64,000 bases of DNA from positions 1 through 64,000 of the IMG/VR virus record IMGVR_UViG_3300030108_005444. One strand, 5' to 3'. Positions 1 to 11,900 of the stretch are shown in pieces. The translations under genes and the position numbers were made by a program. The notes beneath the pieces were generated by a model that ran no database searches, was not told where the DNA came from, and saw only the letters and a list, made by a program, of their open reading frames with translations. This stretch comes from a virus. The stretch's first letter is position 1, and the number at the start of each line of letters is the position of its first letter.

Positions 1-1
1 T

Positions 2-880
2 CGTGGTACCACTACATCTTCAGCAAGACGCGAAACACCTTCACAAGTGTTTGGCATATCGACTCCTGGGCCTATAGACTTTGAGGGTCAAAAAATAGAC
101 AAAAGAGAATCAATCAATAGACATGGAAAAATTTATCAAGACTCAAACAATGAATTTGATTTCAATTCGGTAGCACATTCAAGACTTGGAGGTAATACTT
201 TTGTAATGGATGACGGCACTCCGAGACTTAGGGAAGGCAATAACGATGTTACTGAAATAAAAAATGAAATGATAAGTTTAAGGACACGTTCAGGTGCACA
301 ATTACTACTGCATAATACTGAAGGATTAGCTTACATTATTAATAATGATGGCACAGCATGGTTAGAATTCTCCAAAGACGGCAAAGTTGATATCTATGCC
401 CGAGATTCAGTAAGCGTACACACAGACAATGATTTTAATCTTAGAGCCGAACGTGACATCAATATTGAAGCTGGACGAAATGTTAACATCAAGGCCACAG
501 GACAAAATGCAACTCCAAATTTAATTAACTCTGCCATATCTGCAACGACTGGCAGAGTACGCATAGAATCGGCAGCTAACACAGAATTGTTTATTGGCAC
601 AGATGGTTTAATCCGTGCAGGCAACGATGTAAAAACATTTGCAACCAATGACTTTTTAGTAAACACTGATAACGAAATACATTTCAACACCTCTGGAAAA
701 GTTCTTACAAGTGTTTTGACAGCACTAACAACATTTAAAAATGCAGGAGTCAACCAGGAACAGTCAATTATGAAACGTGTGCCAACAGTTGAACCATATG
801 CTGAACATGAAAACAAAAAGGCCGAGACCAACGCAGGACACACTGACCGTGAGGCCGTCGACACAAGGAACATCACATAA
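2..880 (+). CDS. Baseplate hub/spike protein (gp5/VgrG-like), C-terminal part; 5' end lies outside the window
   Basis: Frame is open from base 2 (RGTTTSSARRETPSQVFGISTPGP). Repetitive beta-helix-like segments (LRTRSGAQLLLHNTEG, DFNLRAERDINIEAGRNVNIKA). Directly followed by PAAR and gp25. Confidence 0.75.
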   Translation, partial: RGTTTSSARRETPSQVFGISTPGPIDFEGQKIDKRESINRHGKIYQDSNNEFDFNSVAHSRLGGNTFVMDDGTPRLREGNNDVTEIKNEMISLRTRSGAQLLLHNTEGLAYIINNDGTAWLEFSKDGKVDIYARDSVSVHTDNDFNLRAERDINIEAGRNVNIKATGQNATPNLINSAISATTGRVRIESAANTELFIGTDGLIRAGNDVKTFATNDFLVNTDNEIHFNTSGKVLTSVLTALTTFKNAGVNQEQSIMKRVPTVEPYAEHENKKAETNAGHTDREAVDTRNIT

Positions 881-1176
881 TGCCTGGCATAGTTAGAGTG
901 GGAGAGGATACACACGTTGGCCACGCTTCACCAACGCCCAATCCATTCCATCAAACTTCCTATGCAACAGGTGCCGCAAAAGTTTTTGTTAATGGTGCCA
1001 AAGTTGTTAGGATAGGAGATACTACAGGTTGTGGAGATCCAGCGGCGGCAGGATCCAGCAACGTGTTTGCTGAGGGTATTGGAGTTCACAGAATAGGTGA
1101 CGCAACCAGTGGGCATGGATCTTGGGTGGCTAATGCCGCGGCTACCGGTTCGGGAGATGTTAAAGCAAATGGCTAA
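880..1176 (+). CDS. PAAR-domain spike tip protein (T4 gp5.4-like)
   Basis: VRVGEDTHVGH, VFVNGAKVVRIGDTTGCG, GSSNVFAEG..HRIGDATSGH repeats with His/Cys zinc ligands; TAATG overlap with the upstream gene. Confidence 0.9.
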   Translation: MPGIVRVGEDTHVGHASPTPNPFHQTSYATGAAKVFVNGAKVVRIGDTTGCGDPAAAGSSNVFAEGIGVHRIGDATSGHGSWVANAAATGSGDVKANG

Positions 1177-1429
1177 TCCTGATTATGCGACACTATTGCC
1201 ACAGATAGCCGCTGAAAGTGATCCAACTGCCAAACAGGCATTGATTGACCAGTGCTATGTGTTTGAAACTACACCAACTGTGTCAGAACAAAATTTGTTC
1301 AATTACATGGAGTCAGACTACGTAGAAGACAATCCAGGTAACACTGATGACTCATCTTCAGCTGACTCATCTACTTTATTTTCTGCCTATGCAGGAGTTT
1401 ATGTTAACAATGATGGAGAATCGACATGA
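1169..1429 (+). CDS. Small acidic putative virion protein
   Basis: ATG at 1169 overlaps the PAAR 3' end (MANPDYATLL...); contains DYVEDNPG and DDSSSADSST. The track start at 1097 is probably too long. Confidence 0.6.
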   Translation: MANPDYATLLPQIAAESDPTAKQALIDQCYVFETTPTVSEQNLFNYMESDYVEDNPGNTDDSSSADSSTLFSAYAGVYVNNDGEST

Positions 1430-1896
1430 CATTAACTAAACGCTCAACCAAAGGATCAGCTTTAACCTATTCAGAACTGGATGGCAATTTCACACATCTA
1501 GGCGGAGATGGCACATATCAATTTCCTTCAACTGATGGCACCAGTGGCCATGTCCTAACCACAAATGGCTCAGGCGCACTAAGTTTTACAAACCTTTCAA
1601 CCACTCCAATTGTTTTCAGTGTGCAGAATCTGACTGGTCCAGGCGCAATCAGTTTGACAGAAACCGTAACATTCATCACCACAACAGGCACAGATGCTTA
1701 CACACTGGCAGATGGCACAGAAGGACAGATCAAAATAATCGTAATGAAGGGGGACGGTGGCAATGGCACTCTTACTCCAGATAATCTTGTGGGGTTCACA
1801 GCTATAAGATTTACTGATGTCAATAATTCAGCTGTATTGCTGTCTGGATCCACTGGGTGGAACATAATAGCACTACAACAGGCAACAAGAATATAA
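1426..1896 (+). CDS. Putative virion structural/short fibre protein
   Basis: N-terminal LTKRSTKGSALTYSELDGNF and FPSTDGTSGHVLTTNGSGALSF motifs typical of phage fibre/baseplate proteins; ATGA overlap. Confidence 0.65.
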   Translation: MTLTKRSTKGSALTYSELDGNFTHLGGDGTYQFPSTDGTSGHVLTTNGSGALSFTNLSTTPIVFSVQNLTGPGAISLTETVTFITTTGTDAYTLADGTEGQIKIIVMKGDGGNGTLTPDNLVGFTAIRFTDVNNSAVLLSGSTGWNIIALQQATRI

Positions 1897-1903
1897 TAGG
1901 TAG

Positions 1904-1909
1904 TAAATA
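1904..1909 (+). promoter_or_regulatory. Putative late promoter TAAATA
   Basis: TAAATA 6 nt before ATG 1916; resembles the T4 late consensus TATAAATA. Confidence 0.6.
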
Positions 1910-1915
1910 CAACAA

Positions 1916-2374
1916 ATGGCAGTAGTAACATACAAAAATCAAAAAGCAACACCACAAAAGACGCCTAATGCCCAAGTATACAGTGGATTTTCCACACAAG
2001 GTAGAGAGTTCAAAAATCCAAAATTATATGACGTTGAATTAGTAAAACAAGATTTACTCAACCATTTCAACATTAGAAAAGGTGAAAAATTAGAAAATCC
2101 TGACTTTGGCACTAACATTTGGTCATATGTTTTTGATCCTTTGGATGGCGAAACAAAAGATCTAATCATCCAAGAAGTTGAGCAAGTTGTAAACTATGAT
2201 CCTAGAGTGGCTCTTGATCAAATAGAAGTTTTAGATTCGGAACATGGAATACAAGTGAGAATGACTATACTGTACATAGGATATGGACTAGGAGAATCTA
2301 TTAATTTACTATTTGATAACCAACAAGGTTTGTTACAAGGACAGACGCAGGTGTTTTCAAGCCAATCGTATTAA
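1916..2374 (+). CDS. Baseplate wedge protein gp25-like
   Basis: LVKQDLLNHFNIRKGEKLENPDFGTNIWSYVFDP...VNYDPRV matches the GPW/gp25 family. Confidence 0.9.
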   Translation: MAVVTYKNQKATPQKTPNAQVYSGFSTQGREFKNPKLYDVELVKQDLLNHFNIRKGEKLENPDFGTNIWSYVFDPLDGETKDLIIQEVEQVVNYDPRVALDQIEVLDSEHGIQVRMTILYIGYGLGESINLLFDNQQGLLQGQTQVFSSQSY

Positions 2375-2395
2375 GTGCTACGTTAATCTTTCAAA

Positions 2396-2401
2396 TAAAT
2401 A
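2396..2401 (+). promoter_or_regulatory. Putative late promoter TAAATA
   Basis: ATAAATA ending 6 nt before ATG 2408. Confidence 0.6.
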
Positions 2402-2407
2402 TTTTAA

Positions 2408-5400
2408 ATGGCAACAAATAATCGACAAAATACTCTTTTAGCTAATACAGTTTGGCAAAAAATTTATAGAACATTTTCTCAAGCTGATTTTAAGTCATAT
2501 GATTTTGATACTATTAGACGTACTTTAATTGATTATCTCAAATTAAATTATCCTGAATCTTTTAATGATTTCATTGAGTCATCTGAATATGTGGCTCTAA
2601 TTGATATGATTGCCTATGTTGCCCAATCTATATCATATAGAGTTGATTTGAATTCAAGAGAAAACTTTATTGATCTCGCTGAACGTAAAGAATCTGTTCT
2701 ACGTTTAGCTAGACTTATTTCATATCAGCCTAAAAGAACAATATCTGGTAGCGGCTTCTTAAAAATACAATCCATCACAACCACTGAATCAGTCCTGGAC
2801 AGTAACGGACAGAATCTAGCAGACACTCCGATCCTATGGAACGACTTGACTAACGACAATTGGCAAGATCAATTTAATTCAGTGCTTAATGCATCACTCC
2901 CAAAAAATCAGTTTGTCAACAAACCTGAATTGAGTAGCACCATAGCAGGAGTGCCAACACAATTGTATAGAATAAATGGATCTAATTTTGATCTTCCGAT
3001 ATATCCGTTCAGTAAGTCAATTAATGGAATCAACATGGAATTTGAGGTTGTGCCTTGTTCTTTTGCCAATGAGTCCTATGTTTACGAAGAAGCACCAGTG
3101 CTAGGAAATTCCCTTTCATTGTTGTATAAAAATGACAGTAAAGGCTTTGGATCAAACAACACAGGATATTTTGTTCATTTCAAACAAGGAAATCTTAATT
3201 CACAGGACTTTTCTATTACAAACACAGCTCCAAACACAATTGTATCCATCACAGAAAATAATATTAACAACGATGATGTGTTCCTGTTCAAGTTAGACCA
3301 AAATGGAGTAGTAGAACAAAAATGGACTAAAGTACCTGCTATAATAGGAAACAATGTAATTTACAATAACCTTGAAAAAACAGAAACAGAACAGTTTGCT
3401 GTTGTGTCAAAAGCCAATGATCAAATCGATCTTGTATTTTCGGATGGCGTGTATGGCACTTTGCCGCAAGGCAACTTTAGATCCTTTTTTAGGCAAAGCA
3501 ATGGACTTACATATCAAATTAATAAAAGCGATGTCCAAAACATTAATATAAGTGTAGACTATGTAAGCAAGTCGGGACAAATTAATACAATTACTTTGAA
3601 TTGTTCTTTACAATCAAATGTTTCAAATGCATCAAGATCACAGACAATCAACGATATTAAAACTTTAGCTCCGCAATCATATTATACAAACAACCGTATG
3701 GTGTCTGCAGAAGATTATCAAATAGTTCCACTGACAGAAAATCCATCAATTGTAAAAGCAAAAGCACAGGTTAGATCTGCTTCTGGCATATCTAGATTTT
3801 TAGACATCACTGATCCTACAGGAGTTTATTCACAAACTGACATTGTATCCGATGATGGAGTATTATACACAGAAGAAGATACAGAAACATTTGACTTCCA
3901 ATTTTCGATCGATACAGACATTGAAAATGTTATAGATACAGATCTAACTGATGTAATTCAATCAAGTTCACTAAGGCAATACTATTACAGTAACTTTGCT
4001 AGAATATCAGCTGGTGGAACAAAAACTTGGAATAAAAGCACACAAACAACCAACCAAGTAACTGGATATATTCAAGACACTGGACCATTATCGGTCGGAA
4101 GTTTTACTTCAACCAATCTTTTGTACGTAAGACCTAACACATTACTAAAATTTACAGCTCCTAGTGGCAAGCATTTTATGACACAAAATGGAACATTAAT
4201 GACCGGCACAGCTGGTCATCCAGGATCAGCTGATACTATTTGGTGTAAAGTTATTTCAATAGAAGGTGATGGATCCAACGGAGGACAAGGAAACTTATCA
4301 GACGGAACTGGTCCAATTGTGTTAAATGAACTGGTTCCTACCACAGCAGAATTGGCTGAAATTATTCCTTCATTTGTATCAACTGTGAGTTCTACTCTTA
4401 AAACTTCAATAATAGACAACGTGAAAAACTACAAAAATTTTGGACTTGGATACAATGCTGTTAAAGAAGAATGGTATGTTATTGATCAAGACAATATTAA
4501 CACTGGCGAATTTTCACTGGCTAACGCTGAAGACACAACAGATTCGAACTTAGACTCATCATGGCTAATAAGATTTGAAACCAATGGCGTATCCTATACT
4601 GTATCTAATAGATCAACAAGATATATTTTTCAGTCAGCGTCAAGGAATAAATTTTATTTTGATGAAACTGTTAAAATTAATGATCCTGAAACAGGATTTA
4701 CAATTAAAGATAAAATAAGGATTCTAAAATCAAATACAAAAGCAGATTTTGTATCAAATTTAACATTTGATTATGATTGGCAAATTGTAAAAAATGTCCT
4801 TGATTCAGACGGATACGCTGACACAAGAAAAATGCAGGTTGGATTTTTTGACGCCGATGATGACGGAGTCGTTGACAATCCTGACCTTTTTACTCTTATA
4901 GTCGATCCTAAGACAGATGTTACAAAAAAATACGTCTTCTTACAAACAACAACAACAAGTGGTTTCGAAGAAACTAATATTATCGACAACACTAATTTTG
5001 TTGTTGTGGCAACAGAAGATGATATAACACAACCTAGTGCTTATCCTAATGGACAATTATTTTATTTTTATGATTCTGACACTTTTAAAACTTATGACTC
5101 CACAGAAGATGAGTTAGTGTCCGCCACTGGATATACTGCTAAATTAGGCAGACAAGATCTATTATATAACTATAACCATGGAGCTCCTAGAAATAGGAGA
5201 ATAGATCCAGCAGTTTCTAATTTAATTGACATCTATGTAATCACTAGGTCATACAATGAAAATATTAGAGAATGGTTGCGAAATAATCAAACAACAACCA
5301 GACCAAGCGAACCAACAATTTTTGAACTCGAAAATGATTATTTGAAAAACTTAGATTCACTTAAAAGTGTAAGTGATGAAATTATTTTTAATCCTGGCGA

Positions 5401-5914
5401 ATTCAAATTATTGTTTGGACCAGGAGCAGACTCTAAGTTACAGGCAACATTTAAAATTGTTAAAAATAAAAACGCTACAATAAGTGACAGTCAAATTAAA
5501 TCAGATGTAATAAGTGCCATTGACACTTTCTTTAGTATTGATTTTTGGGACTTCGGAGAAAATTTTTACTTTACAGAATTGGCAGCTTATATACATAACC
5601 AAACAGCACCAGATGTGTCTAGTGTTGTGATTGTTCCGTCTGAATCAGGAAATTCATTTGGATCTCTGTTCCAAGTGTACGCTGAAGACAACCAAATTTT
5701 TATTAGTAGTGCCACTGTAGATAATGTTGAAATAATAACTTCAATATCTGCAGAAACTATTAAAGCAACAGGCACTGTTGTTTCTTCATCAACCACTGTT
5801 TCTTCAACAGGCACAACAACATCTACAAGCACCACAGGAACAACAAGTACAACAGGCACAGTAGCAAGTTCTGTAACAACGACAACAGGAGGTACTAGTG
5901 GAGGCTACTACTAA
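2408..5914 (+). CDS. Baseplate wedge protein gp6-like (baseplate J family)
   Basis: DFKSYDFDTIRRTLIDYL, FNDFIESSEYVALID, ENFIDLAERKESVLRLARLISYQP, NRMVSAEDY; follows gp25; Ser/Thr-rich tail ending GGYY. Confidence 0.85.
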   Translation: MATNNRQNTLLANTVWQKIYRTFSQADFKSYDFDTIRRTLIDYLKLNYPESFNDFIESSEYVALIDMIAYVAQSISYRVDLNSRENFIDLAERKESVLRLARLISYQPKRTISGSGFLKIQSITTTESVLDSNGQNLADTPILWNDLTNDNWQDQFNSVLNASLPKNQFVNKPELSSTIAGVPTQLYRINGSNFDLPIYPFSKSINGINMEFEVVPCSFANESYVYEEAPVLGNSLSLLYKNDSKGFGSNNTGYFVHFKQGNLNSQDFSITNTAPNTIVSITENNINNDDVFLFKLDQNGVVEQKWTKVPAIIGNNVIYNNLEKTETEQFAVVSKANDQIDLVFSDGVYGTLPQGNFRSFFRQSNGLTYQINKSDVQNINISVDYVSKSGQINTITLNCSLQSNVSNASRSQTINDIKTLAPQSYYTNNRMVSAEDYQIVPLTENPSIVKAKAQVRSASGISRFLDITDPTGVYSQTDIVSDDGVLYTEEDTETFDFQFSIDTDIENVIDTDLTDVIQSSSLRQYYYSNFARISAGGTKTWNKSTQTTNQVTGYIQDTGPLSVGSFTSTNLLYVRPNTLLKFTAPSGKHFMTQNGTLMTGTAGHPGSADTIWCKVISIEGDGSNGGQGNLSDGTGPIVLNELVPTTAELAEIIPSFVSTVSSTLKTSIIDNVKNYKNFGLGYNAVKEEWYVIDQDNINTGEFSLANAEDTTDSNLDSSWLIRFETNGVSYTVSNRSTRYIFQSASRNKFYFDETVKINDPETGFTIKDKIRILKSNTKADFVSNLTFDYDWQIVKNVLDSDGYADTRKMQVGFFDADDDGVVDNPDLFTLIVDPKTDVTKKYVFLQTTTTSGFEETNIIDNTNFVVVATEDDITQPSAYPNGQLFYFYDSDTFKTYDSTEDELVSATGYTAKLGRQDLLYNYNHGAPRNRRIDPAVSNLIDIYVITRSYNENIREWLRNNQTTTRPSEPTIFELENDYLKNLDSLKSVSDEIIFNPGEFKLLFGPGADSKLQATFKIVKNKNATISDSQIKSDVISAIDTFFSIDFWDFGENFYFTELAAYIHNQTAPDVSSVVIVPSESGNSFGSLFQVYAEDNQIFISSATVDNVEIITSISAETIKATGTVVSSSTTVSSTGTTTSTSTTGTTSTTGTVASSVTTTTGGTSGGYY

Positions 5915-8900
5915 TGAGCAAATCTTCTAGATCTTCAAGTTCACTTCTTCCTGGAATATTTCAAACAGAAAAAAACAAAAGATTTATATCTAGCACAATT
6001 GATCAATTAATTGAACCTACAGTACTAGATAGATTGAATGCATATGTAGGTCAAAGATATAGACCAAGTTATAGGACAAATGATTTATTTTTAGATGAGT
6101 CTTCTTCAGATAGACAAAACTATCAATTGGAGCCAACAGTAATTTATAAGACTGATGGTGAAAATATTGATTTTGCCACAACCTATATTGACACTGTAAA
6201 CAAAATACAAGCTGACGGAGGATCAACATCCAGTCATGCCAGTTTATGGAAGCAAACACATTATTCATATCAACCTCCAATCAACATTGACAAATTGTCC
6301 AATTATAGACAGTACTATTGGCTAGAAAATGACCTGCCGAATATCACTTCTAGATTAGGAACTCCAGGGAGTGAAGTTACATTTAGTGTGACAAATAACG
6401 CTTTCGGAGGATACCAGTTTACACATAAATCTCAAAGCAATCCTGATATTATTGTGTACAAAGGAAACACATATAACTTTGACATCAACGCTTTAGGACA
6501 TCCATTCCATATAAAAACAAAACTAGGCACAGGCACAGATAATCAATTCGAAGACTATGTAACCAATAATGGCACAGATAATGGAACAGTCACGCTGAAA
6601 GTTCCTGCTTCTGATAGTTCTAGTCAAGTCGAAACAGTTCTATTTTACCAATGTCAGTATCATGCCGCAATGCACGGAAGAATAATAATCAAAGATTTAG
6701 CTGATGAAAAATTTGACGTGACAGAAAATATTGTTGGCTGTAAAAAATACACTGATCCAACAGGCTTAGTGTTTAGTAATGGAATGAACATTAGTTTACT
6801 TGATGATGTTGAAGGCACATACGCTAATTCAACATTTCATGTGACAGGAGTAGGAGAATATATTACTCTTACAGAAAAAGATAATTTTGTGGTGTATGAA
6901 AGTTTTGCTACTACAACAGGTAATCTTTTCGATGAAAGCGGCACTACTGGATTCGACACTGTGGGATTCGACCAGACTACAGGACAAAGTAGCAAGCCAG
7001 ACTACTGGACAATCTCTCGAGGAAGTAGAGACTTAAACGCTTGGTCACGTTCCAACAGATGGGTACATGCAGATGTGATTAAAACTGCGGCCGATAAAAA
7101 CAATGTCGAGATCAAACTATCAGAAGATATCAGGGCCAAAAGACCCATTGTGGAATTTGTTGCTGGCATTGAATTGTATAATCATGGCATTGATGGACAA
7201 GTTGTTGATGTAATTGATACAAGTATCACAGATGCACTGTCCAAAATCCAAGGAAGTTTAGGATTCATAGCAGATGGTACATCATTAAAAAAGGGCGATA
7301 AAGTAATTTTTTTAAATGATCCAGATGTTAATAATAAAGTTTTTACAGTTGATTTTGTTACAATAGGAGACAGCACACAACTTTTACAATTGTATTTGAT
7401 TGATGATTCAACAACTTTAGCAAGTGGAACTAGTATAGTGTCCAAACGAGGAGACACCAAAGGAGTCACATATCATTATGATGGCTCAACGTGGAAAGCA
7501 TCGCAATCTAAAACTAAAATACAACAAAAACCATTGTTTGATATCTTTGATAAAGAACATGTATCGTTATCTGATAACTCCAAATATATTTCCTCAAATT
7601 TTACAGGTACAACATTATTTGAAGTTGCTACAGATTCGCAAGGCACGCCAGACACTGTGTATGGTACAACTGTATTATATGATAGTGTTGGACTGATAAA
7701 CAATTTAAAGTTTAACGATACATACAATTCAGAAAGTTTTTCGTATGTTGATAATGGTGTGCTACAAACACAATCCATACGTCAATATCATTTCCATATT
7801 AGAAGGCCGCTTGATTTAAAATTTAGTGCTAGAAACAATTGGATTACTTGTAGTATTTCAAATCCACAAAAAATCATACAACTATATCAACCGCAAACAG
7901 ATCAAGTTGATTTCATAGTTGATCATTACAATAATGCTTATCAGCTGTCTGATCTCGAAATCCAAGTGTTTGTTGACGGTGTACGAACTAGTGATTATAC
8001 AACAGTAACAAAGGGTACAAAACTTTTTGTAAGACTATCTGATCCCAAAAATGATAGTGTTATATCAATCAAATGTTTTAGCACAGCAGGAACTCCTTCA
8101 GGCACAGGATTTTTTGAAGTGCCATTAGGATTACAACGAAATCCTTTAAATGACAATATCACCTCTATGACACTTGGAGATATAATAAAACACTATTCAT
8201 TAGCAACAGATGAACATCCTGATTTTGTAGGCACTGCGATAGGATCTAATAATAGTCGCGATATTAGTGGGCTTTTGTCCTACGGCACATTAATCATGCA
8301 ACATGAAGGTAATGACGCCCTTGCTTCAATTTTAGCACGTGATGAAGTATTAAATTTGACCAAAGCCATCAGATTTGTAGGTAGAAGTTATGATCAAATA
8401 AAAAATTCTATAATACAAAATGCTAATTCTGTAATTGACCCAGGCAACACAGCAGATTATCTTGATTTAATACTAACAAATATTAACCAAAACAAAAATT
8501 CTACAATGCCATTTTTTGCTTCAGACATGCTACAGTATTCCAACGATAAAAACATTTTAGAATATACAGTTGTGGATGGCACAATAAAAAATTATCCAAT
8601 GTCATCAGCATTCAATTTAAACACGCTTACATCTAAAGCTGTGTATGTGTATATCAACAATAATCAAATTTCTTTTTCACAGGACTATAAATTTATTAGT
8701 GCTGATGATTCCACAGCAATGGATGGAATCAACATTTCAGCATCTCTATCAGTAGGAGACAAAATTAAAATTGTTGAATATGATAATACAAATGGCAATT
8801 ACATTCCACCAACTCCAGCCAAACTAGGATTGGCGCCTAAATTTGTACCCGAAAAATTTTTAGATGACAGTTATGTTACAACACAAAATGTTATTAGAGG

Positions 8901-11900
8901 TCATGATGGATCAATCACCATTGCTTATGACGACTTCAGAGATGATTTACTATTAGAATTTGAAAAAAGGATTTACAACAACATTAAAATTGAGTATGAT
9001 TACAACATTGAAATAGACTATGGTTACTTCCGAAATAATGAATACACAAAAGCAGAAACTAACAGGGTATTCGCTAAAGACTTTTATACATGGAGCGGAA
9101 AGAATGCTGTAGATTATACCACAAATGAATTTTATGATAAAGCAGAACCTTTTACATACAATTGGTCGCAGTATCGAAACTCAATTGATAATAAAAGATT
9201 GACAGGACATTGGCGAGCAATTTATAAAGAATGGTATGACACTGATACTCCACATCTAACTCCATGGCAAATGTTTGGATTTTCTGTCAAGCCAGATTGG
9301 TGGGATACACGTTATGGTGAAGCACCATATACATCTGGAAACGCACTACTTTGGAATGACGTAGAAAATGGATTTATTTCTCAAGGCACTAGGGCAGGGT
9401 ACAACAAATATTATGCACGTCCTGGTGTGTCAACAGTAATTCCTGTCAACGAAGCTGGCCAATTACTTGCTCCTGACAATGCAGGCATTATCGGACAAAG
9501 CACAATACTTGAACGTAGACAAGGTGATAATTGGTTATATGGCGATGAAGGTCCTCCCGAAACGGCTTGGAGGAGGTCATCTAGTTATAGATATGCTGAA
9601 CAATGTGCTAAGTTTTTGCTTAAACCTTCACTCTACGCAGGAACTATGTTTGATGTAAGTAGAGTGTCTACGAACGCTGTAGGACAAAAAACCTATAACA
9701 ATTTATACAGGACTAAAATAAGTGATTATATTTTACCTAATGGTGGAAATCTAACAGCTGGGTACATCAATTTAATTTATGATTATCTTACACATCTTGG
9801 ACATACTCCAACTTCATATATTGCTAATAGATTTGCTCATATTTCAACACAACTTTCATATAAATTGGGAGGTTTTTCTAACAAAGAAAATCTAAAAGTT
9901 GTCTTAGGCGCAGTAAGTCCAGCAAGTACTAATAGGAGTATTTTTATACCTGAAGAAAATTATAATTTACTGCTTTATAAAAGTGCCCCAGTCAAAGCAA
10001 TAAATTATTCTGGAGTAATCGTACAAAATGATAGCAATGGATATAAACTTTCAGGATACGCTAACTTTGATAGAACATTCACATATTACAAGCCAAAACA
10101 ATTTAGTGATTTTGATTTAATCAGGATAGGAGCTACAACAGAGTCTTTTACTTTTTGGCAACCTAACACATTTTACACTGCCGGAAGCGTTGTTAAAGAA
10201 GGTAACATATTTTATAGAGCGGCATCTAATATAACGAGTGGATCACAGTTTAGTTCAAACAATTGGTCTGAAATAGGAACAGTTTTGCCTCTCAAAGGTG
10301 GCACAAGTGTCAAAAGGTATAAAAATTATGACGCGGTAGCTACTAAAATTCCATATGGAACAAAATTTAATGATGCTCAATCTGTAGCAGATTTCCTATA
10401 CGGATATGATCGATATTTACAACAGGAAGGATTTGTGTTTGACGGATACACTGTTGAACTAGAACAACCCACTGATTGGGACTTGAGTGTGCGTGAATTT
10501 TTATTTTGGTCACAACAACAATGGAGTGATTCTGCCGTCATTACTTTGTCTCCAGCGGCGCAACAAATTAAATTTGTTTTGGAAAACACAATCGGTGATG
10601 ATATCACTGATAATGAACAATATTATTCTTTACTACAACAAGATGGATTGCCTATTAATCCTAATGATTTTACAACCAAGCGAGATAATGGAGAGTTTAC
10701 AATCAGTACTAATCCTGATACAGATGGCATTTATAATATTGAAATACGAGCAGTACAGAAGGAACACCTTTTAATAGTTGATAATATCACACGATTTTCA
10801 AATGTTGTGTTTGATGAGAAACTTGGAAACAGGCAGGATCGAATAAAACTAATAGGATTTAGAACTGCTAATTGGAACGGTGACTATTATTCTCCAGGAT
10901 TTGTAGTTGATAGAGCAGTAGTTTCAACATGGACAGCTAATAATGATTATCGAATAGGTGATGTAGTAATACATCAAACAAAATATTACACCGCGATAAA
11001 AACACACACATCAGGTGATAATTTTGATGCTACATTTTGGAAGGAGAAGCAACAACCAGTAGCAGATCTATTACCTAACTGGGATAATAAGGCAGAAAGT
11101 TTTAGAGATTTTTATTCACTAGATACAGAAAATTTTGACGCTGATCAACAAAGATACGCTCAACATTTAATTGGATATCAACAAAGAAGTTATTTTGACA
11201 ATCTTGGATTAGATGAATTAACACAATATAAATTTTATCAAGGAATGATTAGGGATAAAGGCACCATATCACCTATACAAAAGTTTGTTTCTGCTCCACA
11301 AAATAATCAAACTGTTTCATATGAATTGTTTGAAGAATATGGTTTCAGGGTAGGAGATTATGGAGGACACCGAACTCAGATTGAACATGAATTTATTATT
11401 AATGAACAGACACATCGTGAACAACAACTGGCATATGAAGTTACCTCCACAACAAAGAATGATGAAGGCTCTATAATCAACGTTAGCCAGACCGATCTTG
11501 TAAAGCGTCCTACTGTGTTTTCTACTGTATTGTTTGACACATTCACATACAATACAACAAACACTATAGACAGCATATTCAAATTTCCTGTGGCAGGTTA
11601 TGTTCCACCAGGGGCAACAAATTACGCAGTATTCAATGAAGAAGACATTGTTAACTTAGATAATACTGATTTCAAAGAAGGTTCAACTGTTTGGATAGCC
11701 AACACACCAAAAAATGATTGGGACGTAAGAAGACTAAATTCATTAGGAGTATTTGTAAAGGAATATAAAAGTTTCGATAAAAAGTTACAGATAACAACAT
11801 CAGAGCCTCATAATTTAAATACAGATGATTATATTGCAATTATCTCAGTCAACGATTCAGTAAACGGAACATATCAAGTAATAGAAGATGACAGTACAGA

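Noticed and set aside
1-5914. Bacterial T6SS or extracellular contractile injection system (VgrG/PAAR/gp25)
   Set aside because: The context of T4-like RNase H, late-promoter motifs, tail fibres and DNA-modification genes indicates a phage.
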